The notes below the pieces were generated by a model. It made no database searches. It was not told where the DNA came from and worked only from the letters and a program-made list of their open reading frames with translations. The position numbers were made by a program, and so were the translations under genes. Of a stretch of DNA of 64,000 bases, positions 54,093 through 63,552 are shown piece by piece; position 1 is the first letter of the stretch, and the number at the start of each line of letters is the position of its first letter. Source of the DNA: Longimicrobiales bacterium (GTDB taxonomy: Bacteria; Gemmatimonadota; Gemmatimonadetes; Longimicrobiales; Gaopeijiaceae); assembly GCA_965202985.1 (NCBI GenBank), contig CBDBCF010000001.1, positions 448,001 to 512,000 on the forward strand. The letters run 5' to 3'.

Positions 54093-54776
54093 CTACCTGC
54101 TTGGAAGGGCGAGCAGGTTCTGATTGCCGCCGGGCTGGCTCTCGTCACCGTCCGGCAACCATTCGTCGCTGTCGCTCGCGACGAATCCGACTTCGCGTGC
54201 TTGGCTGGCCACGGCCTCTCGGACGCGCTCCGCCCGGGTACGGGGGAAGAGGTCGGCCTGCGCGTCGCTCAAGTTGTACTTGACAAGCAGGTCGTCGATG
54301 ACGGCCGCGTGGGAAGCAAGGGAGCCGTCCGCGCGGATGTGCTCCACGGCGACACCACTTTCGTCCAGCGCCTGCGCGACCAGGAGCGTCCGGTGGCAAT
54401 GGAGCGGCTCGCTCTCCGAGCACATCACGGCGACGCGATGAGAGGCGGCTTCGGCCAGGAGTTCGTCGATGCCTCGGCGAAACGACTCCGTCCCGGCGAC
54501 GCGGTCGTAGCGAACACGTCCGTTCTCGTAGCAGGCGCGGTCGGACGGACGGCCGCCCAGCCTGTCGCCGAGGTAGACGTACCGGACATCCCTGACCATC
54601 AAGAAGGCACGCAGATCCTCGCGGTTGAAGTCCGGGGCGAACCGGCTGTACGGGGCCGATCGGACGTCCGCAAGCACGGCGATTCCGTGCGGGTGCAACA
54701 GAACCTTCGCAAAGTGCTCGCGGGGATGGTTCGAGTGGCCGACCGTGAAGACGGGGCCGCCGTGTTTCGACCGCAT
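54093..54776 (-). CDS. DUF488 family protein
   Basis: FTVGHSNH, DVRSAPYSR, LGGRP, MCSE..CHR. Confidence 0.9.
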   Translation of the reverse strand: MRSKHGGPVFTVGHSNHPREHFAKVLLHPHGIAVLADVRSAPYSRFAPDFNREDLRAFLMVRDVRYVYLGDRLGGRPSDRACYENGRVRYDRVAGTESFRRGIDELLAEAASHRVAVMCSESEPLHCHRTLLVAQALDESGVAVEHIRADGSLASHAAVIDDLLVKYNLSDAQADLFPRTRAERVREAVASQAREVGFVASDSDEWLPDGDESQPGGNQNLLALPSR

Positions 54777-55462
54777 CAGCGCCGCTCCTCGATGACGGCC
54801 GCGGCCAGCTTGTAGCAGCTTCTCCCGTAGGGTTCGCCCAGGCTGACGGTCAGATAGCACTCGCCGATCTCGTAGTCTCCGTCGAGCTTCGACAGATACC
54901 GCTTCTCGTACGCCGGATCCGTGACCCAGATGCCGTACTTGGATCCAGCGTGTGAGAAGCGAGCCTGCACGCGGCGCTTGGAGTTGCCGAACGCTTCGCC
55001 CGGAGCGAACACGCGCAAACGCAACCGTTCCAGATGCACAAGTCGCAAGGAGCTTGAAATGCGATTCAGGAGCTCCTTCGGAACCTTGTCGTTGACGCCG
55101 TTGTACGTGCGGTGCCCGTCGATCCAAAGGGGCTCGGGCGGATCCAACAATCTAGGCAGGTCGAACCAAGAGAACCTTCCGAGCTTCCTCCAGTAGCGCC
55201 CGGCGTCGAGTGCCCAGTTCTCGGTTTGCCACTTGTCCGGCTTCGGCGCGAGCACCGGAACGCTCACGATGTCTAGGACCTGTGGGTCGCCGCCGTCCTC
55301 GTACTGCCGTTCGTGCTCCGACACTTCCTGATTGGGGCGCTTGCTCACGGGGCGGATCCAAGGGCCCGCGGCCTCCCCACCAGCCAACTCCCGCCCGGCG
55401 ATGCACCGACCCGACAGCTTGCGCGAGTTGGCCAAGCAGACAATCCGCTTGACGGCGTTCAC
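54776..55462 (-). CDS. Dual OB-fold domain protein
   Basis: IVCLANSRK..GRCIAG..WIRPVS, QTEN, VTDP, LTVSLGEP..CYKL. Confidence 0.8.
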   Translation of the reverse strand: MNAVKRIVCLANSRKLSGRCIAGRELAGGEAAGPWIRPVSKRPNQEVSEHERQYEDGGDPQVLDIVSVPVLAPKPDKWQTENWALDAGRYWRKLGRFSWFDLPRLLDPPEPLWIDGHRTYNGVNDKVPKELLNRISSSLRLVHLERLRLRVFAPGEAFGNSKRRVQARFSHAGSKYGIWVTDPAYEKRYLSKLDGDYEIGECYLTVSLGEPYGRSCYKLAAAVIEERR

Positions 55463-56709
55463 GGCTGGGCCGCCCAGATCACCAGTTGAAGCTCGACATC
55501 GCCGACCAGCGTGTACTCCGGCAACCGGCCCGACAACTCCCGGCTCTCGCGGCGAATGACCGGCACGCCGTCGCCCCTTCGGTCCATCAAGCGCTTGCGG
55601 CCCACATCCGCGCCGGGGGGCACCGGGCATCGCGCCAGCAACGACACGAGAAGCTCGTTCCGGCAGGACTGGACGAGGTGCAGGCTGTCGGCGTCCAAGC
55701 CGTTGGCCAAGCCGCCGGGGACATGCAGCTCCAGGCGGTCCCCGAAGATGTGCATCCGAATTCGCTCCCCGTGCCTCGAATAGTCGCGATGAGCCACCGC
55801 GTTGACCAACGCCTCGAAGACGGCCCGTTCGCTGAACTGCGGGCGCTCGGACCGCGCCGTCCGCTTGGTGGCGCGCACGAGCATGTTGCGGCGAACGAAG
55901 TGCAGCGCCTCCTCGACTTGCTGATCGATCGGTCCGCTGATGTCGCGGGCGTCGCTCTGATAGACGGCGTCCGTTCGTTTGCCGGCGTAGCTGACCGCCT
56001 GAATGTAGGCGTGCGGAAGCCACTTCTGCGGTTCGCACGTGCAGAGTAGAACGCCTGCAAGCGTCAGTCGCGCACGTCCGTCCGAGTCGTCAGTCACAAT
56101 TCTCATCTTGCGCAGGACGGCCAGCTCCTCTTCGGGCGTCTCGGGGACGGCTTCCGGATCGCCTTCCACGAAACGACGCGTCAGCGAGTAGTGCAGGTCG
56201 CCCGGCGTCGTGTCGGGCACTACCGATCCATCGAAGCGCAACACCCGACTCTGGCTTCGTTCCTGGAAGAGCCGCGCCAGGGCCTCCGGCGAAAGTTCCC
56301 GCTTTGAACTCCCTAGGCGGCGGAAGTACCCGCCCGGGCTCTTGTGGACGAAGAGGCTGTTCGGCACGTCTACGCGGACTACAGGCACCAAGCGTCCCTC
56401 TGCATTGGGCGCCTCCTGCTTCAAGATATCGGCGTCCAGCGGCGGCTTCACCAAGTCGTTGCAGATTTCGCGAATCCATGTCTCCACGACGTCAAGGTGC
56501 TCGAGTGGGATGCCCTCGGCCAAGCGCGTCTTGTCGTCCACGCCCAGCACCAACGTTCCGCCTTGGGCGTTGGCCAGCGCCGCCAGCTCGTCGGCGACGC
56601 TGTTCCGGCTGGGTTCCTTGACACGTTTTCCGGACACCCGAACGCGCTTCAGCTCCAAGACGGAGTCTTCGCCGAAGCGAAGGCGGCGAATCAGCTCTGC
56701 ATCGTTCAT
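55459..56709 (-). CDS. AlbA_2 (Schlafen-like) domain plus HATPase_c_4 domain protein
   Basis: GEDSVLELK, ALANAQGGTLVLGVDD, EALVNAVAHRDYS, PGGL, RN, RGDG. Confidence 0.88.
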   Translation of the reverse strand: MNDAELIRRLRFGEDSVLELKRVRVSGKRVKEPSRNSVADELAALANAQGGTLVLGVDDKTRLAEGIPLEHLDVVETWIREICNDLVKPPLDADILKQEAPNAEGRLVPVVRVDVPNSLFVHKSPGGYFRRLGSSKRELSPEALARLFQERSQSRVLRFDGSVVPDTTPGDLHYSLTRRFVEGDPEAVPETPEEELAVLRKMRIVTDDSDGRARLTLAGVLLCTCEPQKWLPHAYIQAVSYAGKRTDAVYQSDARDISGPIDQQVEEALHFVRRNMLVRATKRTARSERPQFSERAVFEALVNAVAHRDYSRHGERIRMHIFGDRLELHVPGGLANGLDADSLHLVQSCRNELLVSLLARCPVPPGADVGRKRLMDRRGDGVPVIRRESRELSGRLPEYTLVGDVELQLVIWAAQP

Positions 56710-57359
56710 GAGCGGAGCAAGTCCAGCTGGTTCGTCGCGGCGGTAGTCGAGCCGGAGTGGTTCGCGTAGGTGTTCCAGTCCGGCGTGTAGTCCCGAGCTT
56801 GGTTGCCCCAGGCGAACCAGCCTTCCCGCGTGCCCCGGGCGAAGAGTTCCAGGTAGGGCCCCGGACTGCACGCCTCGATGATGTCGTACTGCTCGTCGGG
56901 CTTGCGGCTGTGTTCGCGCTTCCGAGAGCGGATCATGTTCTCTTGGCGCCGGCCAGGCTGCAGCGTGCGTGCATTTCGTCCCCTGACCCCGAAAAGGATC
57001 ACTTCGGTCACGTTCCTGAAGTAGAATCCGACCCCCCTGCGATCGGGGCCGCCGTCCTTCCTGATCTTGTACCAAACCAGGTTCGTCTTGTACTCGAACC
57101 CCCAGCACTTCATGACCTTGAGGCCGTACGGCAGGAGCGCGTTGGGAATCCACAGATACAAGTGGGCCGTGTCCGCGACGACGGAGCGAACGGGCAACTC
57201 CTCGATCTCCTCGAAGGACATCGTCGAATAGCGCGACAATCGCTTGTGCTCGGGCGCCACCTTGCCCGTCTTGTTGTGGAAGCGCCAGGGTGGATCCGCT
57301 AGAACGGTGGCGAACCTCTTCCCGCCTACGGACTGGACGAAGTGGTCATGCGGCGACAT
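56706..57359 (-). CDS. MT-A70 family N6-adenine methyltransferase
   Basis: ADPPW, YLW, WGF.YK, G.GFYFRN.TE, HSRKP, LELFAR, WGNQ. Confidence 0.93.
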   Translation of the reverse strand: MSPHDHFVQSVGGKRFATVLADPPWRFHNKTGKVAPEHKRLSRYSTMSFEEIEELPVRSVVADTAHLYLWIPNALLPYGLKVMKCWGFEYKTNLVWYKIRKDGGPDRRGVGFYFRNVTEVILFGVRGRNARTLQPGRRQENMIRSRKREHSRKPDEQYDIIEACSPGPYLELFARGTREGWFAWGNQARDYTPDWNTYANHSGSTTAATNQLDLLRS

Positions 57360-57496
57360 TGGTCAACGATAGGCTACCGGGGTCCGCGTGTCCATGGATC
57401 CAGCCTGGGCGCGATTTCGAGGTCCTGAAATGTCCCCGTCGATGTCCCGATTTCGGGGCTCGGGTGTCCATGCCCGAATCCCGCGCCCCACATGAC

Positions 57497-58627
57497 TCAA
57501 GGATACCCATCCAGAAGGTTGTTTTCCCAGAGCTGGCCGGTCGAGCATTCCCCCAGCCACTCGCGGTAGTCTTCCGACTTCGGCCGTTGCACCGTCGTCG
57601 CGTCCCCGTCGAGACGGAGTACGAGCAGCTTTTCAAGTTCGAAGACGTCGACGAGCAGGGACGACTGCGTGGCGACGATGATCTGTCGTAGGGCGGACAA
57701 GGACCTGATCATGCCGCCGACCAGCGAGACTGCCGCTGGGTGAAGGCCCAGCTCGGGCTCGTCGAGCAGAATGACGCTGGGCAGCAGGTCCAGGGGAAGA
57801 TTGAGAAGCGTCATCAGGGCGAATGTCCGCAACGAAGCGTCCGACGCAAGGTGCGCGCCGCGGGTCTTGTCGGAGCCCTTGGCCTTCCAGCGCAGCGTCA
57901 GGCGGTCGCGGTGCTCCTCGATGGCGAAGCGGTCGAACGGGGGCAGGACCCGACCGACGTAATTGCAGATGCTCTCGTACCGCCGCATGTCGTTCCTTTC
58001 CAGGAAGTGCAACACGGCAGCCAAGTTGCCGGCGTCGCAGCGGAGGCGTCGCCGGTCGCTGGCGTCCGTGGGCGTCCTGATGCGGGAACGGTTGGAGGTG
58101 TCGTGGAAGTGGTAGCATGAGCAGCCGCCAAGAGTGGCGACGATTGCCCGTGCCGCGGAACCTGCGTCGTCGGCGTCGTCCGAGCCCGCGTCGCCCACGT
58201 CAAGGAGCTCGGCCTCGGCGTGCCCGGAACCCAGTTCGTGCCAGGGCGAGCCGCTCGGCTGGTCCCCATTGCGGAGGCGAAAGCGCTCGTCGGCGAACTC
58301 CAGGCGGTCGGGGTTCGCGTGTGTCAGGGTCAAATGGTAGTCGACCCGGCCCGCCGTCGTGCGCAGCGCAAGATTGGCCTCCATGCGACGTGTGCGCCGG
58401 CGTCCGCCGAACAACTGGTCGTCCGCGCCGCCTTGCGCGTGCACGAACCTTGCCAGCCCACCCGACGGCGGCGTCAGCATCCGGCCGACCATCTCAAGGA
58501 AGCGGACGAGGTTCGACTTGCCCGCGCCGTTCGGGCCGATCATCACGGTCGGGTTGGGCAGGTCCTCGACCTTGAAGTCGGCCAGCGAGCGGAAGCCCTT
58601 GACGTGGATCGACTCGATGGCGTTCAT
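57497..58627 (-). CDS. ABC-type (AAA_21/RecF-like) ATPase
   Basis: KGFRSL, GPNGAGKSN, SDASLR, LLDEPELGLHP, ATQS. Confidence 0.9.
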   Translation of the reverse strand: MNAIESIHVKGFRSLADFKVEDLPNPTVMIGPNGAGKSNLVRFLEMVGRMLTPPSGGLARFVHAQGGADDQLFGGRRRTRRMEANLALRTTAGRVDYHLTLTHANPDRLEFADERFRLRNGDQPSGSPWHELGSGHAEAELLDVGDAGSDDADDAGSAARAIVATLGGCSCYHFHDTSNRSRIRTPTDASDRRRLRCDAGNLAAVLHFLERNDMRRYESICNYVGRVLPPFDRFAIEEHRDRLTLRWKAKGSDKTRGAHLASDASLRTFALMTLLNLPLDLLPSVILLDEPELGLHPAAVSLVGGMIRSLSALRQIIVATQSSLLVDVFELEKLLVLRLDGDATTVQRPKSEDYREWLGECSTGQLWENNLLDGYP

Positions 58628-58671
58628 GGGGCGTTTCTCTACCTACCGCTCGATCGAGAAGCGGGCTGCGG

Positions 58672-59907
58672 TTACGGCTGCGTCGTCACGGCGGCGGTCG
58701 AGGGCGCGAAGCTGTGCACTACTATGGTGGCAACGTCCAGTTCGTCGGTATGCACGGTCAGCAGGTAGTCGGGGCCGGCCTCGGCCAGCGAGTGGTCTGG
58801 CATCGGCGGCAGGCGGCACATGAATTCGCCGGTCGGGGAGAAGACCATGGCGCCCGACTCTGGTTCTGGTCGGCCCGGACGCCGGTAGGGAAACACGAAC
58901 AGATGGCCGGCGTTGCCCATCAGAAGGCCGCTGAACGCCGGAAACTGGTCCGCTGCGGGCCGCCTCGGGCTCAGCGTCGGACCGGCGGTCCGGCTCGGCT
59001 CGCTTCTCCAGGCGTTCTGCGCGCGATAGTCCTCTCGGTAGGCGTCGAGGTCGGCGCCGCTCACCGACCTGTCGCCGGCATTCCATCGCACGATCGTGGT
59101 CAGCCGGTACTCGGAGTCCAGGACGCGGACCTCGGCCTCGCGGCCCGTGCCCATGGCGATGTGGTCGCCTCGGGCGCTGACGCTGGCCCTGCTGTCGAAC
59201 ACCGGGCCGATGAAGAGATCGGGCCACGTCGAATCGCGGATCTGTCCCAACCGCCGATTGGGGAGCCCAGCCAAGACGCCGACGAGCTTGCCGTCCGGGT
59301 AGTGCGCCTCCACGACCAAGGTGTCGGGGGTGTCGAACGATCTGCTGCTTCCTCGCGTCACCCAGGCGGTCACAAGCGTACCGTTCGAGAGCACTCCGCC
59401 GCCTCTGGACGGATTGGGATAGATGGGGTCCAGCTCGACGGCACGGCTCCAGGCGCCGTCCGCGGCAAACACGTTGTAGCGCCAGGGCCGGTAGTCGCCG
59501 ACCCAAAGCGTGTCGCCGGGGCGAACCCATACGTACCAGGCGTTCCTGAACTCGCCGGGGCCGTCGCCCGAGCGCCCCAAGGACCGGAGATGTTCGCCCG
59601 TCTCGTCAAAGATGCGGACTTGGTCCACCGTCGGATCGACTACGGCGACCGAACCGTCCGACAGCCGTGCAGCGCCGGCGACGTCGCCGAACAGGTGGGC
59701 CGGATCGTCCTCCCTGTTGCCGACGACGAGGAGCGGTTCCTCGCCAACCGCGCACATGGCGTCTGACGCGGACGGGTCGCTGACGACGACCCGCACTCCG
59801 GCGCTGTCCACGGCGACGACGGGACTGGATGGGGCGCTTTCGCACGAGGCGAAGGCGGCGGCCAGCAGCGACAGGGCGAGCTTGCGGGGCAAGGGAGTTT
59901 CGTTCAT
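58672..59907 (-). CDS. 6-bladed beta-propeller-like lipoprotein, paralog 2
   Basis: Lipobox AFASC; colinear with paralogs 1 and 3. Confidence 0.8.
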   Translation of the reverse strand: MNETPLPRKLALSLLAAAFASCESAPSSPVVAVDSAGVRVVVSDPSASDAMCAVGEEPLLVVGNREDDPAHLFGDVAGAARLSDGSVAVVDPTVDQVRIFDETGEHLRSLGRSGDGPGEFRNAWYVWVRPGDTLWVGDYRPWRYNVFAADGAWSRAVELDPIYPNPSRGGGVLSNGTLVTAWVTRGSSRSFDTPDTLVVEAHYPDGKLVGVLAGLPNRRLGQIRDSTWPDLFIGPVFDSRASVSARGDHIAMGTGREAEVRVLDSEYRLTTIVRWNAGDRSVSGADLDAYREDYRAQNAWRSEPSRTAGPTLSPRRPAADQFPAFSGLLMGNAGHLFVFPYRRPGRPEPESGAMVFSPTGEFMCRLPPMPDHSLAEAGPDYLLTVHTDELDVATIVVHSFAPSTAAVTTQP

Positions 59908-60092
59908 GGTGGGACCTGCTTGATTTGGCGGATGGTCCAACGACTGCCTTGGGAACCGCCAGGAGCGTGGCATCGAAGTTGGCGTAGCGCAAGCGCAAGC
60001 GGGCGAAGCGCCGGAGCCGACGTCCGCGTCGCGTCGCGCGGGTTCAATGCAGACGGCGGCTTGCTCGGGGCGGTCACCCGGCTACTGCGTCG

Positions 60093-61307
60093 TCACGGCC
60101 GCGGTCGGGGGGCGAAGCTGTGCACTACTACGGTGGGAACGTCCAGTTCGTCCAAGTGCACGAGCAGCAGGTAGTCGGGGCCGGCCTCGGCCAGCGAGTG
60201 GCCTGGCATCGGCGGCAGGCGGCACAGGAACTCGCCGGTTGGGGCGAAGACCATGGTGGTGGGCCTTGATTGGCCCTGACGCGGGTAGGGAAACACGAAC
60301 AGATGGCCGGCGTTGCCCATCAGAAGGCCGCTGAACGCCGGAAACTGGTCGGCCACGGGTCGCCTCGGGCTAAGCATCGGGCCGTCAAGCCGACTCGGTT
60401 CGCTTCTCCATGCTTCCGACGCCCGATATTCCTCTCGGTAGGCGTCGACGTCGGCGCCGCTCACCGACCTGTCGCCCGCGTTCCATCGGACGATCGTGGT
60501 CAGTCTGTATGCGGAGTCCAGGACGCGGACCTCGGCCTCGCGGCTCGTGCCCATGGCGATGCGGTCGACTCGGGCGGTGACGCTCGCTCGGCTGTCGAAC
60601 ACCGGGTGGATGAAGAGGTCGGGCCACGACGAATCCTCGATCTGGCCCGCCCGTTGATTGGGGAGCCGAGCCAAGACGCCGACGAGCTTTCCATCCGCGT
60701 CGTGTGCTTCCACGATCAAGGTGTCGGGCGTGTCGAACGAGCTTTCCCTTGCTGGCGTCCTCCTGGCGGCGACAAGCAGGCCGGTCGAGAGCACTCCGCC
60801 TCCGCGAGACGGGTTTTGATAGATGGGGTCCAGCTCGACGGCGCGGCTCCAGGCGCCGTCCGCCGCAAACACGTTGTAGCGCCATGGCCGGTGGTCGCCG
60901 ACCCAGAGCGTGTCTCCTGGGCGAACCCATACGAGCCAAGCGTTCTTGAACTCGCCGGGGCCGTCGCCCAGTCGCCCCAAGGACCGGAGATGTTCGCCCG
61001 TGTCGTCGAAGACGCGGACTTGGTTCACCGTCGGATCGACCACGGCCACGGAACCGTCCGACAGCCGGGCCGCGCCTACCACGCGGCCGAAGAGGTGGGC
61101 CGGGTCGTCCTCCCGGTCGCCGACGACAAGTAGCGGCTCTTCGCCGACCGCGCACGTGGCGTCCGACGCGGACGGGTCGCTGACGACGACCCGCACTCCG
61201 GCGCTGTCCACGGCGATGACGGGACTGGACGGGGCGCTCTCGCACGAGGCGAAGGCGACGGCCAGCAGCGACAGGGCGAGCTTGCGGGGCACGGGAGTTT
61301 CGTTCAT
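60093..61307 (-). CDS. 6-bladed beta-propeller-like lipoprotein, paralog 3
   Basis: Lipobox AFASC; colinear with paralogs 1 and 2. Confidence 0.8.
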   Translation of the reverse strand: MNETPVPRKLALSLLAVAFASCESAPSSPVIAVDSAGVRVVVSDPSASDATCAVGEEPLLVVGDREDDPAHLFGRVVGAARLSDGSVAVVDPTVNQVRVFDDTGEHLRSLGRLGDGPGEFKNAWLVWVRPGDTLWVGDHRPWRYNVFAADGAWSRAVELDPIYQNPSRGGGVLSTGLLVAARRTPARESSFDTPDTLIVEAHDADGKLVGVLARLPNQRAGQIEDSSWPDLFIHPVFDSRASVTARVDRIAMGTSREAEVRVLDSAYRLTTIVRWNAGDRSVSGADVDAYREEYRASEAWRSEPSRLDGPMLSPRRPVADQFPAFSGLLMGNAGHLFVFPYPRQGQSRPTTMVFAPTGEFLCRLPPMPGHSLAEAGPDYLLLVHLDELDVPTVVVHSFAPRPRP

Positions 61308-61479
61308 GGTGGACCTGCTTGACTTGGCGGATGGTCCAACGACTGCCTTGGAACATAGCACCGGCGTCGGATTGAGGTAGCGTGCCCGCTGCCGCCCGCT
61401 GGGGGGTTGCCCATCGCACGCTGGCAATCCTATCTTTCCGTCGTCCTCCTACTACCCCCAATCACCCGAGCTAGTAGCC

Positions 61480-62019
61480 ATGCGACCCGTCCTGCCGATC
61501 CACGACATGTTCGATCGTCACTGGGGCCTCACCCCCGAACTCGCCGAGTCGTGCACGCAAGCTGCATGCGTGTGTCTTGACCGCCACTATGTTTCCCCGA
61601 TTGATTTCATTATTGAGGATTCCGTCCAGTGCCAACCTACAATAGTGGAGTGGACCAAGACGGATCGAAGAATCCGAGCTGCCTGGGCCAACGACATCGA
61701 CACCACCGAATTCGGTGCATATGCTTGCGCCCTCGCGGCTGTCGAACTGCGGCACGGCTTTGTGGCAGTTGCCCGTGCAGAGACGAGGACCGGCGCCGAC
61801 TTCTACGTTGGCCAACCCGTATCGTCCGGTGCGGACCTTGAAGATCGCATTCGCCTGGAAGTATCGGGAACCGATATCGGTTCGCCATCTGCAATCGCCT
61901 GGCGTTTACAGAACAAGCTGCGACAAGCCGAGGCTGGCGAGAGCCCGCTTCCCGCGATCGCTGCGGTTGTGGGGTTCCGTGCACGACAGGTACTTCTTGG
62001 ATATCTGGCGGTCACATGA
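61480..62019 (+). CDS. Hypothetical protein, possible PD-(D/E)XK-fold nuclease
   Basis: TEFGA..GADFY..RLEVSG..KLRQ motif order; lower GC. Confidence 0.7.
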   Translation: MRPVLPIHDMFDRHWGLTPELAESCTQAACVCLDRHYVSPIDFIIEDSVQCQPTIVEWTKTDRRIRAAWANDIDTTEFGAYACALAAVELRHGFVAVARAETRTGADFYVGQPVSSGADLEDRIRLEVSGTDIGSPSAIAWRLQNKLRQAEAGESPLPAIAAVVGFRARQVLLGYLAVT

Positions 62020-63158
62020 CGTGGCTTGAACACCACCGCGAAGCCGAATCTCTTGCTTCCCGGGCCGACATGGCCAGGCATTCAGGCAACGTCGACCAAG
62101 CGAAGCTCCTATGCGGCAGGGCAGCCGAGGCCGAGGTGCGAGCTATTGAGGCACTGGACCCATCGAAGCAACGTACGCTTGGGATAACAGCTGTAAGTGC
62201 AGTCGCCTTGTACTACAAGGCCGAACAGATGAAGACGGCTGAGAACACGGCATATCGCCTGCTTGCTCTTGACCACCTGCCGAGATTTGCAAGAACCCAG
62301 CTTCGCGACTTGCTTCAGACAATATGGAGCGACCAATTCCGTATGTCGGCAACAACAAGCTTTGCATCAAGTCAAGTGAACGTCGAGATCATGGGCGATG
62401 ACATACTGAGGGGGGGAGCCCCCGTAAGCACGGTATTTGGCCGCGTCAAGACTGTTCAGTCGCTGTTGTACAGAGTTGCTGAATTTACCAGAGGCGTCGA
62501 CCATCGCCGGCAGGGTCGCCCTAGTCAAGAGATTCGTGCGATTTGTCGTCCTTGGGTGTTTCATGCACCAGCGGCAAACTATCGATTCGCAGTGACGATT
62601 GAAGACACTACCGGACAACAGGATCTCTTTGAGGATGAGCAAGCAGGCCCCAGCAGAATAGTCGATAGCTTCATGTCTATCCTGCGGGCGAGCGTTGAGT
62701 CACCGAGGGAGGGCTTGGTAGCTATGGTCCCGGCCTGGGACTACCGGCATACGTTTCTTCGGCTGACACACGACCTGTCGCCGGACAGACATCACCAGCT
62801 CAATGTCTGGTCGCCTCGTCACACCGATCACGTCCTTCTAGACATTCACGCAAGGAAGCGTGTGTCGGGCGCAATGCGCGATGTTATTGGCGAAGCAAGT
62901 GCTCCTCACACAGTCAAAGGAGTATTGCGGGCAGTTCATCTCGATCGTGGCTGGTTAATGGTGAGAGATAGGCGCGGCAGGTACACCGTCAATGGCGTTG
63001 ACGACACTGTGGATGATGTTATTGGGGCAATGGTCAACCGCGAGGTGATCGTGAACACTTCGGCGGATGGCAAAGGACACTTGCAGTATCGAGGCATCGA
63101 AACGGCCGAGACGGAACCGTTGAGTCTATTCAGCGCCCGCGCTGAGGCCTCCACTTGA
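62016..63158 (+). CDS. Hypothetical protein (helical N-terminus, OB-like C-terminus)
   Basis: 380-aa ORF in lower-GC DNA with ATGA overlap to the upstream gene. Confidence 0.8.
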   Translation: MTWLEHHREAESLASRADMARHSGNVDQAKLLCGRAAEAEVRAIEALDPSKQRTLGITAVSAVALYYKAEQMKTAENTAYRLLALDHLPRFARTQLRDLLQTIWSDQFRMSATTSFASSQVNVEIMGDDILRGGAPVSTVFGRVKTVQSLLYRVAEFTRGVDHRRQGRPSQEIRAICRPWVFHAPAANYRFAVTIEDTTGQQDLFEDEQAGPSRIVDSFMSILRASVESPREGLVAMVPAWDYRHTFLRLTHDLSPDRHHQLNVWSPRHTDHVLLDIHARKRVSGAMRDVIGEASAPHTVKGVLRAVHLDRGWLMVRDRRGRYTVNGVDDTVDDVIGAMVNREVIVNTSADGKGHLQYRGIETAETEPLSLFSARAEAST

Positions 63159-63322
63159 TGGATTCTCCGCCCAGTTCGTCCGCTCCAAGGCCGTATGCTT
63201 GCCAGGCACGACCGTGCCCCTGCCGGAGGTGCGACTTGCACCGAATTCGGACTCCGGAATATACTTCCATCCGTCAGTTGGCTTTTCCGACGGCAAGGAT
63301 GAAGTGACCAGGGTAGCGCATC

Positions 63323-63526
63323 ATGGATCACGCACTGACCGACGCCCAGCATGCCGAGAAGCTGACGGCAGCCCGCGAGCGCTACGATCGCATTCGGAAA
63401 CGAATAGAGCCGTTTGTTGTCCCACCAAGAGCGGAACCGCCTGCCAAAATCGGCACATGGCGACGTGGGATCGACCTCCCAGATGATTCCAACGAGCGTT
63501 ACCGATTCGAGTTCTACGGACCGTAG
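63323..63526 (+). CDS. Small hypothetical protein
   Basis: 67-aa ORF with protein-like composition, convergent on hsdR. Confidence 0.4.
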   Translation: MDHALTDAQHAEKLTAARERYDRIRKRIEPFVVPPRAEPPAKIGTWRRGIDLPDDSNERYRFEFYGP

Positions 63527-63552
63527 CGTAGCAACACGTCTCGCCGGGCCGC

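Noticed and set aside
52317..61307. Diversity-generating retroelement or integron
   Set aside because: No reverse transcriptase or integrase in the window, differences between paralogs are not adenine-specific, and no attC-like sites were seen
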